NCBI GenBank assembly: GCA_977030845.1
Contig: OZ365112.1
Coordinates: 14,074,001 to 14,138,000, forward strand
DNA: 64,000 nt
Source of the DNA: Fimbriosthenelais zetlandica
Lineage: Eukaryota
Direction of reading: 5' to 3'
Both the position numbers and the translations under genes were made by a program. The notes under the pieces are model-generated. The model made no database searches. It was not told the origin of the DNA and worked only from the letters and a program-made list of their open reading frames with translations. Below are positions 11,201-22,500 of the stretch, in pieces. The first letter of the stretch is position 1. Each line of letters opens with the position of its first letter.

Positions 11201-14200
11201 GGGAGATCACAGGAGTTGGGAGTGGGGTTTATGGCCTGGGTCGCCAGGGCCGAGTGGCAGGCTCTATGCTTGGCAATGGCAGGGTCATGTAAACGGGCGA
11301 TCTTTCCGTCCTAAATCAACCCTCTCCAAGCCCAATATCACCAACAATCTATCACTCTAATGACTGGCGCACGCCAACCAATAATGTTTGCACACTTTTT
11401 ATTCAAATCATTCGATAAGCGGACGAGATTCCGTTGGTTGATATTTTGGTGTGGGAAGCAATGTCCGCCAATGCTACCAGTTTCCATTTCAGATGGGATT
11501 GAACCCTCATCTAGTTCTTTTCCTATCTAAAGCTTCATTTCCTGTTTTGAAAACTCAGAGGGAATGTATTGGGAGTGGTTGAATCAAAGTCTTAGGTGAA
11601 TATTTGACAAAAAATATGTTGTGTATAGAGAAATGAGTTTTGAAATACCCACAAACCTTCCTGTTGTTGGGATAACCCTAAAGGGAAGCCCTCAAAATTT
11701 CTCTACCCCGCATCCAAGAATCAGTCCTAATCCCACCCATTGAATCACCCCCACCCCCACCCCTTTAGGCAGAGCAATTAATATTCTCACCCTCCTCTTT
11801 ATTTGATTCCTGTCATCTCTGCTCATTACGAATAACGATTTTCTGACGAGCCAAATGGCGTTTTTGTGTGGGTGCCACTATTTGACCTTTGTTCCTCCAC
11901 TGCCCCTCCAGTACATATTGAAGTTGTCACCCAAGGGGGACTACACAGAGGGTATTAATCATTGAGAGAGAGTCAAATCTCCCTCATGCCAAAAGCTCTC
12001 CCCCTACCCCTCATCTCCTCATAGTGAATTAAGCAATGTTTAGAGTTAAAGTGGCCCTAATCCTCAGAGGTGTGTGCCGGGGCTGATAAGGACTTAGAAA
12101 CATATGCTCTGCATAGAGGAATAATGTGGTCCACCTTTCAGCATTTCACCCCATTATATACACTTCCATTCATCTGCTCAAGTCACAAAAATATCCCATG
12201 TTTCTGTGAAACACTGTGAAAAACTGTTAAAGATATTACCCAATTCAGGTGCTGCCATTTCTGAACGAAAATACGCAGGTCATTGCAAACTAGGGTGTCA
12301 CAAGGGCAAATTTATGAAACATTGATAGGCCATACATCAAGGAAGCATGATTCATTTCCATGCACTTGACTCGACATTTTCCTATCAAAGGGATGAACAA
12401 GGCTGTCAATTTCGTTTTGTCCCCTTTTCAAATCCAACTTCCCTATTATTAACACTGAACCCGGGCCAAAGCTGGTAAAACCCATTAATAACAGTCAGTC
12501 AAAGTGGACGAGTATTTGTATTACTGTCCGTTATTTACTCACATTCTTCTTCATCATTGCTTTAAGCTCTTGCCGTCCATAAGCTTTGTTGTCCATGCAA
12601 GGCCGAGGAAACTGGACATGTGTCATGTCACATTGCATAAAATCATTGCGCCTAAAGATCCCACTGTTACGTTTTCAATGAAGTCTAAATTTCCAATGAA
12701 TGCGGCATTAACTTTTGGGCAAAACATTAAGGGGGAATTCAACGAAATAATTTGACTTTTTAGTGGCTATTAATGAAGCCAGAAACAAATGTTTTCAATT
12801 GGTGACCTGCTGGTTAGTATAGGGAGCTGGGGCTACATAGCGGCCGGTACACAGCCTCCATGTTATTATAATGGTTATGACATGATTGATATGAATGTAG
12901 GTGCCAGGAATTGAGCAGAGAGTGTAACTTGAATGGGCCTTGTCCTAAGGCACAGGTCTCAATGGTGAAAGGAACAGAAGAATGTTATTTGTTTTGGAGG
13001 TGAGAGAGCGAGAGTGTATGGTGCAGAGCCAAGGGATATAGATATACCCTGAGGGCTGCCGGTCAAAATCCACACCTGCCCGGTCACCTTAATCTATATT
13101 AACTAACCTAAAAACTAATTTTCATAACCTAGGAAATACAAATAAATACCCCATGATTTCGTAAAATACTCATAAATTCCAACTGATTGATTCATTCTTC
13201 ATGTTCTACGTTAAGTAACGTTATATTGTCGACAATCTATGATTTATGGACTACCATTGCACGAAGAGCGAAGATATGAGAAATATCTTAATTTTATCTG
13301 TGAAATACATAATGAAGCCGTCTGATGCTAATGATAATGGTGTGAAGCCTGGGTGACTCTCACTTAGTGATTATATCTAGAAAAGATCTGGAATATTTTC
13401 ACAGGTTGATCAAAGCGGCTAATTGATCATATTTCGAATATCATTCTGAACTCAAAGGTGTTTGACGGAGGAGGCCAACTCCTATACTACCAATAAACTC
13501 AGTAGCAATGTACATTGTACTAGAATAATATCTAACATTTTACTTTTTTTAAATTCAATGGGAGACGATATGGAATGATGAGGTAAGCGTGGGCAGTTTT
13601 TGACATTTGTAAGGGTCTTTGGTAGTCATTTATCACTGTAGAATACTCCCTCACACAGTCATGAACTGTATCAGATAGATAGCGTTTATTTACGAGACAT
13701 ATTTACGACCCAGTCCTTAAGACCCAACTGGGTTATTAATATTCCGTGCAGAACATCCATAATGCGAAAAATAATCACCTAATAGTGAGAAAATTAGCCA
13801 ACAAAGTGTGGAAAATAGAAGGCAGGCTGAGTAAAATATGTTTCAAAGGGTTAATCTTCCTCCAATTACATTATTTCTGTTTACCTTGAAAATGTCAGGT
13901 ATGGGGGATTTGATTTATGCAGCTGAGCCAGTGCGCATGCGCATGTATTACACGGGGAACCTATAGCAGGCGACATTTAACGTGTCATGTCGACCGTGAC
14001 AGTCTTCTCCTTGCCAACTGTAGAAATAAATACAAAGCAACGATCCGAAACCTTTGAAGTCTTGCCCAGTTCTCTTTCTTCTGTCTCTCCCACTCACAGC
14101 TCGTTTAGCTGTTATTTCGTGCGTTCTAGCGGCGTTTCCAACTTCAAATCTTAAAAGCGAAACGCTCTGGTTAGCGCCCTGGGAGAGGTCCTAGGGGCTG

Positions 14201-17200
14201 GGGAGTTATCCCAGGTTTGTGAACAGATCTTTGACATGAAATTATATATGTAAGTTGGCACTAATCTTGGCAGATATTTTATCTAATATTTGCTATGTTT
14301 TATACCATTAGTTTATTTAGTTGTTTTTTATAGGGAAGGGGAGGGTGAACAATAATGGAAACAGTATATTAATTACTCAGCATTGGGAAAGGGAACGTTT
14401 TACCACAAATAGTGCCCGATTTCTATTCATCAAAACAGTGGGCAGAGCAATGACAAGTACACACGTGAAAGCTCCATGAAGTCCAGCCCTCTCCGGCCAA
14501 GATATATACAAAACTACATACAAGATACATGCCTAATGGTAGGCACCTGCACGTTTAGCATGTCTACATATGGATACATGTTGAGATGGCACGCAGGAGC
14601 ATGGAACATGACTTCAAATAGGCCACATCCTAAATCTGTATGCATAATTAGTAGTGGAGAGGATGAGACACACACTATAGCAGTACTAGTGGACCTAATT
14701 TATAGCTTTATCTATCCTTGCCTGACACTTTGGTGATTAATGCATCCGATGGTGGATAAACATTTAGTGATAAACATGCTGATTTGTGCAAATATGTAAT
14801 ATGCCAATTTACAAATCAGTGCTTGAGTGGATAATTGGGGGCTCATTCATAATATTTTCATTGTGAAATGAATGAAGATGGAAGGGGTGCATGGCTGCTC
14901 TAATGTGATTGTCCTCTCACGTGGTTCCAATGCATGGAAAGCATCTATAGCGGTACTTTTGCATAATGAAAGACTAATGAAATGAAACAGTTTTTACATC
15001 TGAATAAATACAATGCAGAGTAGCTATATAAATCATCTTTCTAAATGAACTGGAACAGAAATTGAATGAAGTGTAACTATAGTAATACTACAAAGTTCAA
15101 CCCCCTAGTTTATCCCCTCCTCTTCATCCCCTTTCCTCACCCCCCCCCCCCCCACCCCACCATCGCCTCTTCCCATTAGAAGATACCTTCCACTGTAAGC
15201 TATATAGTCACAACATGCCTCCTGTGTCTTGACAAGCCCATTACCATGGCTTTCCCCTGGAGGTACTCCCCTGGAGGTATATAGGCGGGCACTGGAGGAG
15301 GTATAGGTGTACACATATACACAGATGATGGAGGCCAGTCCAGACCAGATCCGAATTCACCCTAGGGATATAAGTAGGGTTTCTGGTGGGCAATTGATAT
15401 AGCCTGGCCTCAGGAGTGAAACTGCAGAGCTGGAGAGATGGGGAGGGGTGGGGAGGGGTTTGGGGGGAAGAGGAAGAGGAAAGGAGAGCTACCGGCAAAA
15501 GTTGATGAAAAAAGAGGTTCAATATAAGGCATGATGGCTAAATTAATCTCCAATATAATTATCTCATCCAAATCATGATTAAAAAGCTGGAGGGGGTCGG
15601 TGGCATAGATCAATGGTTACTGGGCTACATATTTATCAAAATCTTAACCACGCAATCAGGGAATAAATCCTACGATTAGTTCCAATCTGATTTTTGAATC
15701 CACAATGAAGTAAAGCTTTCCTCAGTAACTTAATTTCCAATTTCTTTCTCTTGCCTGACAAATATATTATGGAGATTGGGAAGGAATGGAACAAGGTTGC
15801 AATCAATATAATCAATATATACCCCGGGATTTCATTAATTATACGTGTGTTAATAACGAAAGTAGATTAATTAGTTATAACCTCCAAATATACCACTTCC
15901 ACCTCCTCATCGCATCTCCACTTTTTATCATTCGGGTGCGCACCAATGATTTCCCCATTCATATTCTTCTATATGACGTATTCAATCTTCATTTCTTTCT
16001 AAATGTATTCATCACGGGGTCTTTAGAAAGGCAAAAAGTGAAAAGTAGTTTGAATGGAAGTAATTAAAGTTTCTAACCCACGAGAGAAAGCCGTTCAGAG
16101 AATGTGCATGCAGAGTTAGGGCCTTGATTTCCCAATGGCGCCTACTGGGGCAATGCCCTTCTAAGGGCTATTAATGCTTAGAGAAGGAAAAAGTGCAGAG
16201 CTGCTTACTTGAAAAACAAGCAGCAAAATGGATTTTGGTCAGGAATATAAGACAGGATCATAGAAAGTGTATGATGAGGTAGTTGAAATAACATTGCTTG
16301 AAATGGATGGAGTGGCGAGAGAGGGGAGGGGGAGGGAAGAGAGAGAGAGAGAGAAGAGAAGAGATAGCAAGCTCATAAACTATCCACTGAATACCAAACC
16401 AACATTGGCCCATCCCCCCAATACCTCGAAGGGCACGAGGCGCGTGGGACAGCCAAAAAGGCATAGAGGAGAGAGTTCCATTCTATAGGATTTATGTCAA
16501 TATAATAGACGGTTGCAAGTCGCAGATAACGACCAAGAGCCATTCTCGAGCCTAGAGTGTGTAATTGGGGAGTGAGTGATTATAGTTATGAACCATTGTC
16601 TCGGCTAATAATATAAGGAACAACTGTTAAAACTTAGGGGTTGTCTAATTGTTATTTGACATTTATGTTTCGGACACGAGAGAATACCATAGATGATTAT
16701 TGACGTTTCCATGGAGACAGGTGTGTGGCCTCACCTGGAACTAATCGACACAAGTTGTATGTTTCGGTTCGGGTTCGGAGCGACCCATTGTTCTCGGGAA
16801 TATCGCCATATTGCGCTCATTTGGGAGGGACGCCAGATTGTACCGTTAACATATTACCACCCTCAAACACAAAATGGACCTACTTCCACTAAAATATGAA
16901 AGAAAAAGTCATATCATATTCATCATTAGGCAAATCTGTCGCATAAAAGCTCTCTTTTCACAATTTAAAAAGAAAGGCATTTAAAGGGTCCCTACAAGAC
17001 AGAATTAAAAGTTGTTGTTAAAGTATTTGGTAGCTATTAGGATTTTTGAATAGTGTTGTTGACATATGTTCAATAAGACAGGTCGAAAAATTGCTTTGAG
17101 ATCTCAATCTCATCAAGAAATGTTTACTTACTCCAACTTTGAGACTTTTCAGCCTCACCTTTCAGCTTTTGCCTAAAGAACTCTCCCTTCAACTTCTGTC

Positions 17201-17369
17201 TCTTCCAATTACCCCCACTTCTATTGCAACTCCTCTTGCTGAGTCCCTCTGTTGCCTATAGTTCAGATGAAGGTATGTGGAAAGTTTGAGTGTGTGGGGG
17301 GTTTAAATCATGATCACAAACTGAACACACAACACAGACACATGTCAGGCTGAAATCCTACGGCTGCTA

Positions 17370-17810
17370 GAACATGCTACCCCTCTTGCTTTTACCACTC
17401 ATCCACTCTTTCCTCCTATTCATCCTGATGTACTATCCCTCTTCTTCCCTCTATTGCTTCCTCCCCAGTTTTCCCCCTTTTTCCCTAGTCTTGTTCTGCT
17501 ATTCCCCTGCCAAGTTGTCCCTCTTTCTGTCTGAACATCCTAGAGACCCACTTTTCCAACTAAACATGATCAAAAGCTATGTAATGATGGCTTCCTTTCC
17601 TTTTCACCATGGCTTCCATCACTTTTGCTCTCTTACTTGCAAATACTACTCCTATCACTTTCCTCCCCTTCTCTTCATCAACTGCTGCTTCTTCCCATAC
17701 TCAGGACCCTTTCATTCCCGTAGGCCCCTTCCTTTAAATCCATCTTCCAACTCCACCCCGAATCTTCTCACACCCCACACACACTCCCAACCAGCTCCTA
17801 TTTCACCCCC
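17370..17810. repeat. Long pyrimidine-rich (C/T) low-complexity tract upstream of Lox5
   Basis: About 440 nt dominated by CT/CCT/TTC; this explains the spurious 170-aa L/F/P/S-rich ORF at 17374-17886. Confidence 0.7.
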
Positions 17811-18813
17811 AACAGCGTTGAGGGCAGGTCCAAGAAACCCACAAGCTTATCAGAGCAATAGAAGGCCTATTAAAAGCCTGGGGTGAGCATGTTAACCCAT
17901 GTTTAGCATTATCCATAACTTTCATTGCCCTTCCCTAAATGCTGTGACCACTAGGCGTCCCAACTTGCTGATTTACTGCGCTGAGGTTAACTGTTTTCAC
18001 GCTCTGGCCACATAAAACATCAACCGCTTAACCCTGGGTCAGATTGGAACAAGATATTACACCAATAAGCAGATTAACCAGCCCTTTTCAAGCACTTTTT
18101 ACACTTCCCTGACCACTTTTTTCAACCACTTTTAACAGCATGGCGCCTCATCAGCGCTTGATTTGTGGTCATTTTGGAGGCCAAAACCAACTTTTCCTCT
18201 CCACGCGCAACTGATCGCTCTCCACTTTAATGACTCATGATTCCAACTCGCGATGAAATCCTATCCCACGATTCCTTTTAGAGGCGGTATATAAGACATA
18301 AACCTCAATGACTATCTTAGATATCAGATAGAACTATTAGAAAGGTCCCACCTTGACACAGTTACTTTGAACCCCCTCTTCTCTGTGATTATAAGGCAAT
18401 ATCGAGGCGGGGGAGTGTCTTATAGGCTGGTTATGGTTCCAAATGGCCATTTTCCTACTTCATTACAATAGCATTGATCAGGGATGAGGGGCAATCGGAC
18501 AGTTGACCACTTGTCTTTGGTCAGTTTGCTTCCATATATTCATATGGGTTTAAAACCCTATAACCCCTGGCTTTGGGGTAATTTCCCAAATAGCCCCCAA
18601 TAACCCGGGAGCTGCAGTGTATAGGGAGCCCCACCCTTAAGTACCAAAATGGATTTACAGGAACGCTTAGTGCCTTGCCACAAAAGCTGTGGTCCTCTCC
18701 CCTCCCACACAGTGCAATCCAATTCAAAACAGTGTATTTGGGCCTAGCACGCGCGCAGGGAGTGGATAATTTATGACTCCCCTTCTAATATATTCCGGAG
18801 TGACCCACTTCTA

Positions 18814-18860
18814 GTCATGTGACCTTCCGCTGCTTTCTGATTGGCTGGAGCCGTCACGTG
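18814..18860 (+). promoter_or_regulatory. Candidate Lox5 proximal promoter module: E-box, CCAAT box, E-box
   Basis: GTCATGTGAC (18814-18823), ATTGG (18840-18844) and GTCACGTG (18853-18860) lie 100-146 nt upstream of the ATG. Motif match only. Confidence 0.55.
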
Positions 18861-18959
18861 GCTTTGATTATGGCCGATATTATTTGGTCAATCTTGTCGA
18901 CATGTTTTAGAACGTCGGACTGGGCACACAAATCATTGGAGTGAATTTTACGGGTTACT

Positions 18960-19506
18960 ATGAGCTCGTACTATGGAAATATACTCCCGGCAAACTTGCC
19001 GAACGGGGGAACACAAGATCCTTTCATGACACAAGAGGGGAAGTATGAGAGCGCTTACTATGGGGCTAGTGCTGGGAGTTTGGGTGGGTACCCCAGTGAG
19101 GGAGACCCTCAACACCCTGGCTTCCCTAGGTTTCCACCGTTCGATCGTATTGACATCCGGCCCATAACCAACAAAGCTGGATACGGCAATAATCTAGCTA
19201 CAAGTCCAGTGACAAGCGGAGGATACCACCAAAACACAAGTCTAGGACCTCAGTATGGACAGCAAGCACATAATGGACAGTTTCCTCCAGGGGAAGAAGC
19301 TTTAGGCCCGTGTAAAGTGGCCGATACAGGCATGGTTGTACCCACCCACTCTACCTCCCCACAAGCGTCCAGTCCGGTACAGGGAAGTGGTGGGATGATG
19401 GGACCACATCACCCCTACAGCACCAACAACACCCTGGGAGGAGTGGTCAATGGAGTTCAACCCCAAAACATCCCCATCTACCCCTGGATGCGGCCCATCA
19501 ATGGAG
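18960..19506 (+). CDS. Lox5: Lox5 Hox gene, coding exon 1 (182 codons + 1 nt)
   Basis: ATG at 18960 opens MSSYYGN, a Hox-type MSSY N-terminus. FPRFPPFDR (19122-19148) resembles the Antp-class YPRFPPYDR motif, and the YPWM hexapeptide lies at 19479-19490. The exon ends at a consensus donor GAG|GTAAGT (19506/19507). The ORF track runs on into the intron to 19568. Confidence 0.95.
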
Positions 19507-22500
19507 GTAAGTGCGCTTTTTTCAACTCTTTCAGCACTTTTTTCCCTCTCGTATCCCCACTGTTTTGATCTGCGTTGGTGTATGTGTATGCGTGTGTCAG
19601 TGACCTTCCTCCCACTCTCGGCACCACCACCACTACCCATTCACTCACCCACACACTCCCTAGTTCTTTCTCTATGAAAAACCAACTTGTTTTCATTCAT
19701 AAATTCTCACACCTTGGCCAGTGATTAGCTGTCTTTTTCTTGCCCATTCAAACCGGGAGGTGCCTTATGCAAGACATGGGAGCAATAAAGAGGGGATATA
19801 TCATGTGTAATGGACAGTTAGGATGGGCGTTTATGGCTCGCTATCCAACCAGCGCCTCCCAGGTCTCCACTCATAGTAGATGGTAGTACTACAACCAACA
19901 CTCTCCCCTCCAGTGTTTGTACACACAGCATAAAAAAACTCCACTACTCTTATAAACAGCCTGTTTTCAATGGACTCTCACTCTCCTATCTTAACCACTC
20001 CAGTGTATTTAACGCATGGGGATAAGCTTCCCCTTTGCAAGTACCCATTTGGGCAATGGGGTATGAAAAAGGGGGGCTGGGGCTAGTCTGTTATTAGTAC
20101 TTTCGAACCGAATGGTGTGTAAAGGGTGCTATAAAACATCACCTTGACAATGGGGCATTGACCTTTGCTTCAATGATTGCCTATGTGGATGATTTTTATA
20201 TTGTGTTTCTATATAAATTGCATGTACTTTATCTATATTTGTATGTTTCTTCCCCATTCTAGGGTCTCATTAATTTTGGGGTTTTTGTGGTTCAGAGGTC
20301 AAGTGTTTTGGGGGTTAAGAGTTGTAGGCAGTGGTGTAGAAAAATGATAGAGGGGGAGGCCGGCGTGTGTCAAATAAATAAGAACAAACCAGCCTACTAT
20401 AGAGGCTTGTCTTCACACTATCAGTACGAGTCTATTACTCTAAGTATGCCATCACAGGCTTTTTATGTACTGTTTACTACCTTCCCCCACTCTCGTCATA
20501 TTTCACATCTCCTCGCCAAGTACCATCCTTCTTTTTCTATACCACTTATAGGACTATCGCTTTAACAAGCCACTCGTTGTGTACTTGCCTTCAAAACACC
20601 TTTCTCTTGTGTTAAAATGGATAGGGAAAAGTGGCCACTCAATATGTTTAACTGCAAGGAGAGAGAGTAGGGGAAGAAGAGGAGTGGTGGAAGGTGAAGT
20701 TAATTGAGGAGTTCGCCTGTAGAGGGGGCTAGTCGATGCCCATTTGGTCACTAGCTCAGCGAGAGTGAGTAACGGGAACCCTAAAACCCACTATACAACC
20801 CGAACCTTCTCCGCGCTGCTGTTCGCACCTATAAAGCTCTCCCACGCCTAACATCGGCTTTTGATCATGAAACCCACTTTATATACAGGTTTTTTGATGA
20901 ACACCCTAAAAGCTGAGTGAATTAATCACATTGACACATAATGGTTTCATCGATTAACCTCCAAGCAGTTTGTAACAGTGGTACTGACACTAGAAACACC
21001 TCACATCGATTTATCGATTTATAATTTCAAGATGAGGGCTAAATGCAATGGTTTGAAGCTTTCTAACCCACGGGGACTTATTTACAGTGTTCAAAACCAC
21101 CCGCCTACCACTCCCCCACCCAAGTGTAAGTGCCAGTATATATGGGTCTCCCCCCAAACCCAAATCCCCGAGGCGCATAACCAGGGGTACTAAGACAGCT
21201 AAGTGTGTATGTAATTCAGTTACGGCCTGGGATATTTTTCGGAATGGTTTGTAGGAACATTCGGAGCGTAGACTCATTTTCTATTATGGAAAATTTAAGC
21301 TGCAGCGCGGTCATCCAGTGCGTTCAGATAGTAGGTTAATGGCCTTGCTTGGCTGTATTGGGTTTTGATTGTGTGCGCGCGCCAGTCCGGATCTTTGCGC
21401 TTGCTGGGTATCAATATTCCTAGGCCAAGCGCATGTGTTATGAAGGGAGAAGGGAGAGGAGAGGGGAGAGAGAGGGAAGAGGAGCTGCAGTAAGAGGTCC
21501 AATCAATCATATCCTAGTGGGAGTTGGCAAGGACTGGGGTTTCTCACGCTGTTCATGGTCAATCACGACAGAACAAGCTTCAGAAAGGACCACTACTGCC
21601 CCAGCTGCCACTGGCCTATTTCATCCACACTCACCTCCAAACCCCCATATCCTAAAATGTTCCCACATTTTTTGTGAACAAAAACGCATTTTTTATTGCC
21701 ATTTTGGATGGTGATGTATGCGACTGAGAGATGTGAACACGAAATGAATGATGTGAACAAGTCATAATGTTCCCTCATTGCAGCATTTCTACAAATCATC
21801 CATCTATGATTTGTATTGAGTTATGTATACTGGTGTGAACAAGGTGTAAATCAACCATTGAATGACTTCATAATACACAAATCTCACCATTGTCTCCACC
21901 TTTTAAACTACACTTTACTGGGAATTGTATATAACAGCGCAGATGGAACTTATGCACCCATTGTAAATGGGACTCCTCACTCAATTCAAATCTGGGTGAA
22001 ACAGTGCATGAATATGAATGAGTTGACTGATAATCAACATCCTACTGGGAAAAAAGTTAATGATGTAAAAATGCAATTGCCACTGGTGTTTGGGAGAGAA
22101 AAAAGTGGTGAATCCTGTATGGAAATGACGGGGTATTGGGGTTGGTGATTCCCTGTTTAATTAACAAGGGAATTAGCATTTGAAAGTGGAAGGCACTTGG
22201 GTTTAGAAGTGGAAGTCACTTGGGGGAAGCAAGAAGCCAAGTGCCAAAACTGATATTTGCTAAGGATTTAGAGTGCAAGATGTCTCCCTTGTAAGATTTA
22301 TTCTACTCCCATTCTCTTATCTTTATCGTAGATAAGGACTCCTTTTGCTGATATTGCAATTGCGGGCCAGCAATTGCATATCTGAGATGTGAATAGAAGA
22401 GGCAATTTTGATTGTACTATGCCATACGCGGAGAAATCTAAAAAACATTAATCAATGTGAACTCTTCCGAAAATGAGATTAATTTGCCTTATGCAAGGCA

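Noticed and set aside
15440-15470. G-run clusters able to form G-quadruplexes (also ~26785, ~53680, ~58260)
   Set aside because: Such tracts are frequent throughout this low-complexity window, and nothing singles out a function.
17374-17886. 170-aa ORF upstream of Lox5
   Set aside because: Product of a C/T-rich low-complexity tract (L/F/P/S-rich) with no recognisable domain.
19302-19640. 112-aa antisense ORF overlapping Lox5 exon 1
   Set aside because: Shadow ORF of a real coding exon; no independent support.
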